Origin: Candidatus Saccharimonadales bacterium
GTDB lineage: Bacteria; Patescibacteriota; Saccharimonadia; QS-5-54-17
Assembly: GCA_040903985.1 (NCBI GenBank)
Contig: JBBDUI010000002.1
Span: 262,038-326,037 of the forward strand
Length of the DNA: 64,000 bases
Direction: 5' to 3'
Translations under genes and position numbers: made by a program
Shown here: in pieces, positions 1-9,304 of the stretch
How positions within the stretch are numbered: position 1 is the first letter of the stretch
Layout of the letters: every line of letters begins with the position of its first letter
Notes under the pieces: generated by a model
Databases searched by the model: none
Told to the model about the DNA's origin: nothing
The model's input: the letters and a program-made list of their open reading frames with translations, nothing else

Positions 1-176
1 TTATCGTCCAGCAGTCCTCGTACACTACTATCGGTTTCTTCGCGGGACTGCGACCGCTGAGCTTCATTCTTCTCGTGCAGTTGTAGCAGTAGCTTCTGCA
101 TCACCCCACGGAGGCCTAGAAATAGCGCTCCGAAGCCCAGTAGCACGATTAGTATGAGCACAACTTCCTGATTCAT
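1..176 (-). CDS. N-terminal part of a membrane-anchored coiled-coil protein (possibly RmuC-like), runs off the window
   Basis: ATG at 176 with TACAAT 7 nt upstream; reads MNQEVVLILIVLLGFGALFLGLRGVMQKLLLQLHEK..., a TM helix followed by a coiled coil. Confidence 0.5.
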   Translation of the reverse strand, partial: MNQEVVLILIVLLGFGALFLGLRGVMQKLLLQLHEKNEAQRSQSREETDSSVRGLLDD

Positions 177-279
177 GGTCTCTATTGTAACGGCAGTAAC
201 TTTAAATTGCGATAAAATCGGCTACAAGTCGTTAAAAGCCCGTTGACACAATATATATTATATGTTTTACTCTAATAAG

Positions 280-692
280 TTTTTCGTTATGAAGACGCTT
301 CTTGAAGCCTTTTCACTCTAATAACGGACAACCAACCACCTTGACAGACTAGACGGAAGGAACGCATGGAGTAATTCCGGCCCATCCACCACCTCGCAAC
401 GGCTCGACGACCTTGGAGGCGCCCAGTGCGCATGGTACTCGAGAAACGCTAGCGTTTGCGCTGGATAACCACCGACTCGGCGGAACAGATCTACCGGTGG
501 CCACCGCAAACGCATCCGGGAGCAGAAGCACCCCTAAGAAAGCTCCTTCCAGGGAGCGTACAGTCCGGGGAGAGGAGAGCCACTCGACCAGGCGTCGACT
601 CGCGCGGGCGCACTTTGCCCCTCCTCTCCCCGGCCTACCCCTTTCCACACCTAGTCTGTCATCATACTCGCCCTCCACCCGGAGGGCTTTTT
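280..692 (+). ncRNA. candidate large structured non-coding RNA of unknown family
   Basis: TTGACA at 243-248 upstream; long-range helix 342-352/651-661; helix 565-577/621-633; intrinsic terminator 670-692; no credible ORF. Confidence 0.5.
670..692 (+). terminator. intrinsic terminator
   Basis: GCCCTCC-accc-GGAGGGC followed by TTTTT. Confidence 0.75.
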
Positions 693-795
693 CCTGCCTT
701 AATTCGAATCTGAAGCCGTCACCCTCTGCAGCCACCCTACCAGTGTCATAGGGGGTAGTTGGTATAATGAAGAGAGAATAAGGGGAGGCTTAGCT

Positions 796-1026
796 ATGAC
801 CTATCAACAACGCGATGAACTACCGGAAGGCGTACGTAACGTTTTGCCAGAGCACGCCCAGGACATCTACAAGGAAGCCTACAACAGTGCCTGGGAGCAG
901 TACGAAGACCCTGCGGATCGTAAACAAGGTGGCAGCCGTGAGGAAGCCGCCCACCGGGTAGCCTGGAATGCCGTTAAACAAAAGTACGCTAAAGGCGACG
1001 ACGATAAGTGGCATCCCAAGGATTAG
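796..1026 (+). CDS. chaB: ChaB family protein
   Basis: LPEHAQDIYKEAYNSAWEQY...EEAAHRVAWNAVK is the ChaB signature; GGAGG SD upstream. Confidence 0.9.
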   Translation: MTYQQRDELPEGVRNVLPEHAQDIYKEAYNSAWEQYEDPADRKQGGSREEAAHRVAWNAVKQKYAKGDDDKWHPKD

Positions 1027-1439
1027 CGACCCAGATAGGCTTTAAGTTTCAAAATATCAGCCTGATCTTTGGCGCGATTAGCTACTAGCTTCCACTCCAG
1101 TACTTTCTCTAGACCTACTATCGGAATACCCTCTGTCTCTTCGGCGGACGGGAGCAGCTGCTCTAACTCCCCACCCCAATTCAACATAATCTCTACTCTG
1201 TCACAGGCTAGACCTGCATTACCATCGGGAAAGGTAATCGAAGTCCAGCCCGCCGCTTTTAGCTGATGGTAAAGATGAGACGACACTACGATATCGATAT
1301 CATCGGTCTGTCTTAAGCCGTGCAGCGCCTTAACAGCCCCGCCGACAACGACATACTCACCTTTGCCAGTGCTAACTCTACCTCTGTCGTCGGGCAGATT
1401 AAGCTCACGTATCTCACTAATAATATCTACCGCGTCCAT
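1023..1439 (-). CDS. nucleotidyltransferase-fold hypothetical protein
   Basis: VVGGAV...TDDIDI motif and C-terminal RAKDQADI; start set at ATG 1439, 7 nt after TATACT. Confidence 0.6.
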   Translation of the reverse strand: MDAVDIISEIRELNLPDDRGRVSTGKGEYVVVGGAVKALHGLRQTDDIDIVVSSHLYHQLKAAGWTSITFPDGNAGLACDRVEIMLNWGGELEQLLPSAEETEGIPIVGLEKVLEWKLVANRAKDQADILKLKAYLGR

Positions 1440-1685
1440 GATCCTGAGTATAGCACTCAGTTCTTGATAGAATTTACGGCTAAGCCCCACCTAGTACAGC
1501 GGCTTACTATGCAATGACAGCCCTCTCCCCACCGCACCTCTCAACTCAAACCCAAGTACACACCCCTTCCTAAGCCATGAAAAGTTGTAACAAATTTTTT
1601 GACGATCGCAAATAAATTAGTTACAAATTCGGGGTTAGAAATGGGCTGCACTAAAATGAGGTGGGTTAGGTATAATTAATCTCAT

Positions 1686-1762
1686 CGGGGTGTGGCGCAG
1701 CTTGGTAGCGCGCTGCGTTCGGGACGCAGAGGTCGCCGGTTCAAATCCGGCCACCCCGACCA
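1686..1762 (+). tRNA. tRNA-Pro(CGG)
   Basis: cloverleaf CGGGGTG...CACCCCGACCA; anticodon arm CTGCG-TTCGGGA-CGCAG; GGTTCAAATCC T-arm. Confidence 0.95.
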
Positions 1763-1838
1763 GTAGAAGTGCTCATGATTCTATCCCCGCCCTGAGTAAG
1801 ACTGTGTCCACCCGCCCTATATCAACGGTAACTGTGGC

Positions 1839-2486
1839 TTACTCACGTTTGAGCAAGTAGCCCATCCACTGTCTGCCCTCTACTTCCGTATCGGTACTCT
1901 GTAATAATTTCAACGGCTGAAACGGTGCAACCGAAAGTAGTTCAATAAAATCTTCCTGGCTATAAAAGCGACGAAACCTAACTGATTTAGCATGAAAATT
2001 CGTCTTTTCCGCATAACCTTCACATGATACCTCATGCTGAGTGGTCGACACCAAAGCAATGCCACCGGAAGACAACAGTTGGTACATTTTCCGAACTATA
2101 GTCTCTGCATCATCTCGAGTAAACAGATGAATAAATGCAACAGCAAAGATAGCGTTAAACTTCTGCCCCTTAAAGTCGTGGCTCATAAACTCATCTACTA
2201 TTAGTTCAGCGGCAGGAGCCGTAATCTGAGCTAATCTTGCCATTGGCTCCGAGAACTCAATAGTAGTCACCTGGTACCCCCTATCACACAGTAGTTTAGC
2301 CGCGTAGCCTGAACCCGGCCCTAATTCCAGTACCCTAATATCGGTGGCTGGGTATTCTAGGTCTAAGTAGTCACTAAGCTCCCTCACTAACGCAGCTGTA
2401 TTCTCACTCCTTAGCCGTTTTTTAGCTTGAAACTCTGGGGCGGTGGCATCGTAAGCCGCTTGATTAATACTGATGTAGTCTTTCAT
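1839..2486 (-). CDS. class I SAM-dependent methyltransferase
   Basis: VLELGPGSG motif I; FNAIFAVAFIHLF. Confidence 0.85.
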   Translation of the reverse strand: MKDYISINQAAYDATAPEFQAKKRLRSENTAALVRELSDYLDLEYPATDIRVLELGPGSGYAAKLLCDRGYQVTTIEFSEPMARLAQITAPAAELIVDEFMSHDFKGQKFNAIFAVAFIHLFTRDDAETIVRKMYQLLSSGGIALVSTTQHEVSCEGYAEKTNFHAKSVRFRRFYSQEDFIELLSVAPFQPLKLLQSTDTEVEGRQWMGYLLKRE

Positions 2487-2537
2487 CTCCTAGATGATAG
2501 CAGAGCCATAGAGGCAGTGGATATAACCGACTCTATG

Positions 2538-3044
2538 TTAGCGAAACCACTTCTGGTACAACGCTGGCAGCTGTGCCACCTGGCGCTTAGCTGGTCGTCG
2601 CTTTGGCTTGGCTTGGGGGTGATTACTCCGTATGAAGGCCCCCCAGTGCTCCTTCAGCCACTGCTGTTGCTCATCGTAGAGTGCGACCAAACCTCGCCCC
2701 GCAAACTCTTGGCGGATTACCCCGCCGGCATGCGGATACCGGTGCTGCGTCTCCTCCGCTCCGGAGTTAAACCCGTGAGCATAGTGGCAGAGCTCGTGCA
2801 CTATCACCGACTGAACTAAGAACTCCGGTATCTCCGACTGGCGAAACCACCCATTAATTCTAATTACCGACTGGCTACTCTGCTTCGGATCGACACTGAT
2901 CGAGCCCAGCCGGCGTTTAGCCCGGCGACCGAATTCTATGCGTAGATTATTCACGCGCTCGACGTCACTAAAATAGTCACGCCAGGTACGGCTTAGTAGA
3001 TCCTCCAGCCAAGCTTGATCGCGATGTAGATTAACTTTTACCAT
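2538..3044 (-). CDS. SprT-like zinc metalloprotease domain protein
   Basis: HELCHYAH (HExxH) plus HAGG; KRRLGSI. Confidence 0.7.
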   Translation of the reverse strand: MVKVNLHRDQAWLEDLLSRTWRDYFSDVERVNNLRIEFGRRAKRRLGSISVDPKQSSQSVIRINGWFRQSEIPEFLVQSVIVHELCHYAHGFNSGAEETQHRYPHAGGVIRQEFAGRGLVALYDEQQQWLKEHWGAFIRSNHPQAKPKRRPAKRQVAQLPALYQKWFR

Positions 3045-3331
3045 TCCCCTACTCTACACTTTTTTATGAATTCTAGCAGTCGATTTAGTGCCACTCAGAC
3101 GAAACGAACACACTAGCGTGCCAACCGAAAATCATCGATTTTCATCCTTAAATTCCAACTAGCCAAATATGGCTAGTTAGCTAAGACTGTATTTAAAACA
3201 ATAAATCCAGTATTCGATCGATTTAGGGTCAATACACACCGCTAATAGCGACGGACTTGATGGGCATGTCTCAGAGCTATAACAGATAGTTCGTAGTTAT
3301 AATTACTACGCTATTTTCAGGATATCCTGCA

Positions 3332-4930
3332 CTACATCGTTTTACGAGGCGACACACCCATAAGGGCGAAGTAAGTCTCGAAAACCTGCTCCAATTGAGC
3401 CAGGAAGTAGAGCTTTTCTGCCGCTTTTGCGGGCGGCAAATCGATGATCTTCTCCTGCTCATACCAGTCGTGAAATAACCGGGCCAATTCCTGTCCGAAG
3501 AAAGTTAACTTATGCACTTCGTAGGTGCGAGCGATAGTCCCTAGAAGCTCCGGCAGTTCCGCTACTTGGCGCACAATAGCCTGCTCACCAGCACTAAGCT
3601 CACCCAGTGCTGAACCTGGCTTCAACTGCTGCTCAGCCGCCTTATTATTAATCGCCTGCAGGCGTACATATGCATACATTACGTACCAAAACGGGTTCTT
3701 CTGACTCTGTTCAGCCGCCAAATCAAGGTCGAAATCCATATGCGTGTCGTTACTGCGCATCAACATAAACCAGCGGGCCACATCTGTTCCGACCCGCTCT
3801 ACCAACTCATCTACCGTTACATAAGTCCCGGCTCGTTTACTGATCTTAAACTCCCGTCCGTCTTTAATTAGCCGCACCCACTGAACAATGAGAAACTCGA
3901 TCTCTTTCCCTGTAAATAGCTGATTAACTGTCAACTTCAGTGATGGGACCTGACCAGCGTGATCCGCCCCCCATACCTTTATCGCGCGATCAAACTCACG
4001 GTTAACGAAAACATCGTGATGGTAGGCGATATCGTTAGCCAAATAGGTTAGGTCACCGCTAGATTTAATCAACACTCGATCACGTTCATCGCCAAAAACA
4101 GTACTCTTAAGCCATAAAGCACCCTCGCGCTCCTCTAATAAGCCTTGGGAGTCCAGCTGTTGTCGGATGCCATCGAACTCCGTGCTAATAACTCGTTCGT
4201 TAGTAAAACGATCGAAAGTGATATTAGCGGCGGCTAGGGCCGGTTTAATGTAGGTGTCAAAGATATGGTTGGTGAGCAAAATCCCTTCTTCTACTGGGGT
4301 AGACTCAACTAAACCAGCGATCTGGTGGCGCAGCTTAGGGTGCTGGGCCACTTCCTGCATATACTCTCCCCTATAAGGGGTGTCGTCGTCCACCTTGTCT
4401 GTGACATGAGCAGTATAACTCTCCAGCAGCTTGCCGATCTGGGTGCCGGCATCATTAAAGTAGTACTCCCGTGTCACCTCATACCCCTGAGAAGTAAGGA
4501 CATTGCTCAATACATCACCGATAAAGCCGCCGCGCGCATTCCCTAGGGTCAAGGGACCGGTCGGGTTAGCAGAAATGTATTCGACTTGAACTTTCTCCCC
4601 GCTACCCCTGTTACTACGGGCAAAGTTATCATCGATAGCCACAAAATAATCCCGCCAGTAAGGCTCAGACAGGCGGAGATTGATGAAGCCTGGTGCCGCT
4701 GCTTCGGCTTGGGTGATATTCTGGTCGACTAGCTCGAGTGCTAACTCTTCCGCAATCGCTAGCGGCGAGCGACCCAGTTCTTTAGCCAGCTGAAAAGCGA
4801 TATTAGTAGCATAATCTCCCTGCTCGGCAGGTGGCAACGCTATATCTACCCCTGTTATATCAAGATCATAGCACTCTTTGACCCGCTGCCGGATAGTTGT
4901 TTGTAGGCTCTCTCTTATGCTCATTACCAT
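3332..4930 (-). CDS. argS: arginine--tRNA ligase
   Basis: GDYATNIA, VEYISANPTGPL, ISKRAG, YVMYAYVR; start may be the ATG at 4924. Confidence 0.95.
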   Translation of the reverse strand: MVMSIRESLQTTIRQRVKECYDLDITGVDIALPPAEQGDYATNIAFQLAKELGRSPLAIAEELALELVDQNITQAEAAAPGFINLRLSEPYWRDYFVAIDDNFARSNRGSGEKVQVEYISANPTGPLTLGNARGGFIGDVLSNVLTSQGYEVTREYYFNDAGTQIGKLLESYTAHVTDKVDDDTPYRGEYMQEVAQHPKLRHQIAGLVESTPVEEGILLTNHIFDTYIKPALAAANITFDRFTNERVISTEFDGIRQQLDSQGLLEEREGALWLKSTVFGDERDRVLIKSSGDLTYLANDIAYHHDVFVNREFDRAIKVWGADHAGQVPSLKLTVNQLFTGKEIEFLIVQWVRLIKDGREFKISKRAGTYVTVDELVERVGTDVARWFMLMRSNDTHMDFDLDLAAEQSQKNPFWYVMYAYVRLQAINNKAAEQQLKPGSALGELSAGEQAIVRQVAELPELLGTIARTYEVHKLTFFGQELARLFHDWYEQEKIIDLPPAKAAEKLYFLAQLEQVFETYFALMGVSPRKTM

Positions 4931-4964
4931 TCATTATACGCATTTGATAGGTATAATCGAAGGG

Positions 4965-5399
4965 ATGAAGATAATCGCGAAGAACAAACGAGCTAGATTT
5001 GACTACGATATCACCGACACCTTAACTGCCGGTCTAATTCTGCGTGGTACAGAGGTCAAAAGCGTCAAAGACGGGTCGATCAGCCTCAAGGGCAGCTATA
5101 TTCGTTTCATTAATGACGTGCCCCACCTCACCGGAGCCCATATATCCCCTTACGCCCCGGCGGCCACACAGCACGAGCCGGAACGCGACCGTCCATTGCT
5201 ACTACATAAGGCCGAGATTGCTCGCCTGCGGGCTGCGCAAAACGACGGCCAACATATATTGCCGCTGGCCGTCGGCTTAGTACGAAACTTAGTTAAGCTA
5301 GAAATCGGACTAGGTACTTCGCGCAAAAAACACGACAAACGCGAAGTACTTAAGCGCCGCGATGCTCGACGCCAAATCGACCGCGCCTTAAAACGATAA
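4965..5399 (+). CDS. smpB: SsrA-binding protein SmpB
   Basis: NKRARFDY...GLILRGTEVKS...LLLHKAEI...KKHDKR; true start at ATG 4965. Confidence 0.95.
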   Translation: MKIIAKNKRARFDYDITDTLTAGLILRGTEVKSVKDGSISLKGSYIRFINDVPHLTGAHISPYAPAATQHEPERDRPLLLHKAEIARLRAAQNDGQHILPLAVGLVRNLVKLEIGLGTSRKKHDKREVLKRRDARRQIDRALKR

Positions 5400-5460
5400 T
5401 TTTATTATAAAACGCTAAAATATTGTTGACACTAGCATAAGAGTTGTATATCTTAAGTAT

Positions 5461-5629
5461 ATGCACTTTGAATAACAAAAGTGCTCAAAAACAAAAACGT
5501 AAAATAAAGCTCCCTAAGCAACGGCTTACCAAAGCCGTTGCTTACCTAAAAATCAACAGACAAAATAACACACAAACACATCAAACACATCAATAAAAAG
5601 CCCCGAAACAAACTCGGGGTTTTTTATTG
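5461..5629 (+). ncRNA. candidate small RNA with its own promoter and terminator
   Basis: TTGACA(5426)-17-TATCTT(5449); perfect 13-bp hairpin 5515-5544; terminator 5591-5629. Confidence 0.4.
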
Positions 5630-5692
5630 CCGTAAGCTAAGTAGCTATGTCGCTTATGGTATTTAAGGCCAAAATCGACTACCATACACTAT

Positions 5693-7351
5693 ATGAATAA
5701 GGCGGATGAGGCGGTACGAAATAAGGAAGAGCAAGCGGCCAAAAGCCGGGCCGACTTGCTCCGTGTCAGCTACACCGATTCCCGCCAATTAGACGAGTCG
5801 AGCTTCTACCCCGACCTATTGAGCCTAGATGAAATCGATCGTTATAAAGTTGTGCCGGTTAGTGTGGACGCCCAGCAGCTCCAGGTCGGCTTTAGCCTGC
5901 AGACACCGCAAACCAGCTTGGAGGAGCTGCCAAAACTCTTTCCCGAGCACCGCGTCTTCTTTACCTATCTGTCCCAGTCCGGTTTCGACGCCTTGCGCCA
6001 ACGTCACTACGAGCATGCCCACCGTGACGATCCGAAACCGCCCAGTCCGCATGAACTAGCCGACCAGTTAGCCGACCAAATCCTCGAGACTCACCAACAG
6101 TTGAAAGATAGCACCGAGATCGATCTCTTCGGGGATACACTCGATAGCACCCAGCAGTCGGAACTGTTTAACTTCATCGCCCAGCAAGCCTACCTTCTCG
6201 ACTCCTCCGATGTGCATATCGAGCCAGAACCGAGCGGCGCCCGCATCCGCTTTCGGATCGACGGTCGGCTACACGTAGTCGGTCGACTCACAGAAGAGCG
6301 CTATAAAGTACTACTAAACGAGATCCAGATGCAGGCGCACATCCGCTGGAACGCCGACTACCCGCAGACCGGTAGCACCAAAGCTACCCTGATCGGTAAA
6401 GACAAACAGAACGTCGAGGTTAACATGCGGGTAGAGACGGTGCCGACGCTGCACGGAAGTGACGTAGTGGTACGGATCTTCAATCTTCAAGAAGAGTACC
6501 TCAGCCTCGATAACTTGGGATTAAGCGAACGCCAGCGGGAAGTGGTCGATACTATCGTCTCTCGCCCGCACGGCTTGGTGCTAACTGTCGGCCCGACCGG
6601 CTCCGGCAAAAGCTCGACTCTCTACTCTATCCTGCACCAGCTCAACTCAACCGAGGTTAAGATCATCACCCTGGAAGATCCGGTCGAGTATCAAATATCT
6701 GGCATTACCCAGATTCCGGTCGTCACTGATGACAAGGAGCTGGATACCGATGATGCCTTCATGACCAACCTACGTGCCGTCATGCGAGAAGACCCCGATA
6801 TCATCATGATCGGTGAGATTCGTGACAAAGAAACAGCCCGTACCGCCCTCCAAGCCTCTCTGACCGGCCATCTCGTCCTCTCTACCTTCCACGCTACCAA
6901 CGGAGCCGCCGCTCTTAGCCGCCTGTTGGACCTTATCGACTATAACCCTCTCCTAGCCTCTGCTATCCGCCTCATCATGCCTCAGCGGCTCCTACGCCGT
7001 CTCTGCGAACACTGTAAGGTTGCCTACACACCCGATCCTAGTGTGATAGCGACGATTACGAAGGCCATGCAGGGCCTGCCCGACCTGCCAGCCGAGATTA
7101 TGCTCTACAAGCCAGTCGGCTGCGATCAGTGCCACAACATCGGCTATCAGGGCCGACTCAGTATCCTAGAACAGTTCGAAATGAGTCCGGCTATTAACGA
7201 AGAGATCTCCAGTAACCGCGACCTCTCGGTCGAGCGCCTGCAGGAGCTGGCCATCAGCGAAGGGATGATAACTATGCTGCAGGACGGGATTACTAAAGCG
7301 CTGGGCGGGGAGACCTCAATTGAGGAAGTACTGCGCGTCGTCGACCTATAG
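5693..7351 (+). CDS. GspE/PulE/PilB family ATPase (stand-alone paralog)
   Basis: SDVHIEP, GPTGSGKS Walker A, TLEDPVEY, REDPDIIMIGEIRD, Zn-binding CxxC pairs. Confidence 0.9.
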   Translation: MNKADEAVRNKEEQAAKSRADLLRVSYTDSRQLDESSFYPDLLSLDEIDRYKVVPVSVDAQQLQVGFSLQTPQTSLEELPKLFPEHRVFFTYLSQSGFDALRQRHYEHAHRDDPKPPSPHELADQLADQILETHQQLKDSTEIDLFGDTLDSTQQSELFNFIAQQAYLLDSSDVHIEPEPSGARIRFRIDGRLHVVGRLTEERYKVLLNEIQMQAHIRWNADYPQTGSTKATLIGKDKQNVEVNMRVETVPTLHGSDVVVRIFNLQEEYLSLDNLGLSERQREVVDTIVSRPHGLVLTVGPTGSGKSSTLYSILHQLNSTEVKIITLEDPVEYQISGITQIPVVTDDKELDTDDAFMTNLRAVMREDPDIIMIGEIRDKETARTALQASLTGHLVLSTFHATNGAAALSRLLDLIDYNPLLASAIRLIMPQRLLRRLCEHCKVAYTPDPSVIATITKAMQGLPDLPAEIMLYKPVGCDQCHNIGYQGRLSILEQFEMSPAINEEISSNRDLSVERLQELAISEGMITMLQDGITKALGGETSIEEVLRVVDL

Positions 7352-8614
7352 GAGCGTGGTGCGATAGTCCCGCACTAGCTGGGCGAAGACGGCGTTAGTC
7401 CAGCCAAAGCCGACTTGGTTAGGATAGACGCCATCTTTAGGCGGGACGGCGATATCTACTACGTTATATTTCTCGAAAAACTCACCCGAATTGATAAAGC
7501 CCTGCAGATTGTTGTGCAGCCAACGGTGAGCGATTCTAGCGGCCAATTCCTCATAGCCATATCTGGCTAGTCCTCGGATAGTTAACAGATGTAATGGCGC
7601 CCAACCGTTAGGATGAGACCACTGCGCCGGCTGGTGTTCGGCCACGTGAGGATATTCTAAGGTTGTAGCTAATCCACCGTACTCTTCGAACTTCTCGATG
7701 TGCGCCGCTAAGTGCGCCGCTTGCTCGGCACTAGCCATGCCAGACCAGAGGGCATAATAAGCCGCTAGCGACCAAACGTTCGAGTGACGACCGGTCTGGT
7801 AGTTATGATCGAAGTAAAAGCCAGCCTTAGGATTCCAGAGATACTTATCGACCGTCTTGCGCCGCTCCTGAGCCAGTTCCTGCCACTGCTCGGCCTCTTG
7901 CGGTTTGCCCAGGATTAAGGCCGCCCGGGCAAAATCACTCTCGCACTTAAACAACAGCGCATTGAGGTCGATCGGGGTGTAGTCCAGCGCTCGCCCGTGA
8001 AAGCGAGTGGTGTAGTCCCAGCCACTCTCACACTCAGCCAGATCATTGAGCACATTTATCTCGTAATTTCGGCTTAGGCCATGGAAAACATCACGCCAGT
8101 GCGGCTGTTCTCGGCCGCGCCAGACGTTACGATACTCCAGCTTGGCCAGCTCGATGCGCGGTGCCAGCCACTCCTTACTACCGTCGTGATCGTAGAGGTC
8201 GAGTAGAAGCGAGCTTAGCAGAGGTGGCTGCGAACGTGAGGTGAGATATAGCCGATTGCCGGTCGGCACCATGCCGAAGCGCTTTAGGAGGTGTAGTAGA
8301 TTGTCGGCCTGTTCGTAGGCCTGATGCTCCCGACTAGTACCGAGCAGGCTGAGGGCGATAAAGTAGGTATCCCAGTAGTACATCTCCTTATGGATAAAGC
8401 CATTTCTCGGCTTACTACCCGGGGTGAAATAAGGATGTGGAACGCCGATTAGTGTCTCAGTATCGGTCGGACAGGCTGTCTCTAACTGCCCCCACTTCGC
8501 CTCGATATAGCCCATAGCCCGCTCGACGCTAGCTTGATTCAGGCGGGGCGGCAGACGCAACAACAGGTCATCACCAGTTCTAGTTTTAATCTTAGTAGTA
8601 AGCTCTCGGGCCAC
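7346..8614 (-). CDS. trehalase, glycoside hydrolase family 37
   Basis: EMYYWDTYF, YLTSRSQPP, ESGWDY, PIDLN, QWSHPNGWAP, EKYNV, GFGWTN. Confidence 0.92.
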   Translation of the reverse strand: MARELTTKIKTRTGDDLLLRLPPRLNQASVERAMGYIEAKWGQLETACPTDTETLIGVPHPYFTPGSKPRNGFIHKEMYYWDTYFIALSLLGTSREHQAYEQADNLLHLLKRFGMVPTGNRLYLTSRSQPPLLSSLLLDLYDHDGSKEWLAPRIELAKLEYRNVWRGREQPHWRDVFHGLSRNYEINVLNDLAECESGWDYTTRFHGRALDYTPIDLNALLFKCESDFARAALILGKPQEAEQWQELAQERRKTVDKYLWNPKAGFYFDHNYQTGRHSNVWSLAAYYALWSGMASAEQAAHLAAHIEKFEEYGGLATTLEYPHVAEHQPAQWSHPNGWAPLHLLTIRGLARYGYEELAARIAHRWLHNNLQGFINSGEFFEKYNVVDIAVPPKDGVYPNQVGFGWTNAVFAQLVRDYRTTLL

Positions 8615-8746
8615 CCTGCCTCACTTTTCTCTAGTTCTCTTGTCCACTACTATAGCGCTTGTGGTTATGAGGGTCAAAGCAAGGACGCTTAACTATTTCC
8701 TATGTTTCAGCTACTATAGCGAGAACTAACCTGTGAGGTTTTACCT

Positions 8747-8953
8747 ATGGAGCGCAAAAACCAGACATCTCTACCTCATGTATACTTAATCGGGACAGCA
8801 GCAGCTCTGCTGGTATCAGCGACTCTGGCACCAAATGAAACTACACCGGTACGGAAACCTACCCCAGAAACTGTAGCTGCTGGTCAAGTTGCAGCTTATT
8901 TACCGGAAGATGCGAGTGAGTTACCTAGACTGAAGATGAATCGGGTTAGGTAA
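8747..8953 (+). CDS. small hypothetical protein with hydrophobic N-terminus
   Basis: GAGG SD, 68-aa ORF, LIGTAAALLVSATLA segment. Confidence 0.45.
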   Translation: MERKNQTSLPHVYLIGTAAALLVSATLAPNETTPVRKPTPETVAAGQVAAYLPEDASELPRLKMNRVR

Positions 8954-9071
8954 GCTAATGAATATATGACGAGAACTCACTGCATTCTATTTAGCCGCAA
9001 TCTACATTGTGCTATTATTAATTCTCTTTTAGATTTATAATTAAAGTTAACAATTCAAGCTGGGAGCAGCA

Positions 9072-9302
9072 ATGATATTTTCATATGATAAGGAATACAA
9101 ATCTAGAATTCTAGATTCTTTTAGTCTTGCAGCACAAGAAGGTCAGGTCGTAGACAAGAGCACCGGCAGGCCAGTGCCAGACAACCTCGGCGGAAAGCTT
9201 ACTGTAAAGAGATTTGGCGGGATAAGAAAAGGATCGCTTGAATTTATTAATAAAGACGCCTCTTCACTTATACGGCTTAGACAAAAACTAAAGGAAAAAT
9301 AA
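9072..9302 (+). CDS. hypothetical protein (AT-rich islet)
   Basis: 76-aa ORF with GGAG SD; ends 2 nt before the next gene. Confidence 0.6.
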   Translation: MIFSYDKEYKSRILDSFSLAAQEGQVVDKSTGRPVPDNLGGKLTVKRFGGIRKGSLEFINKDASSLIRLRQKLKEK

Positions 9303-9304
9303 TC

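Noticed and set aside
318-751. Four overlapping ORFs of 65-128 aa
   Set aside because: No start signals, Pro/Arg/Ser-rich shadow-like composition, and two cross the terminator; better explained by structured RNA
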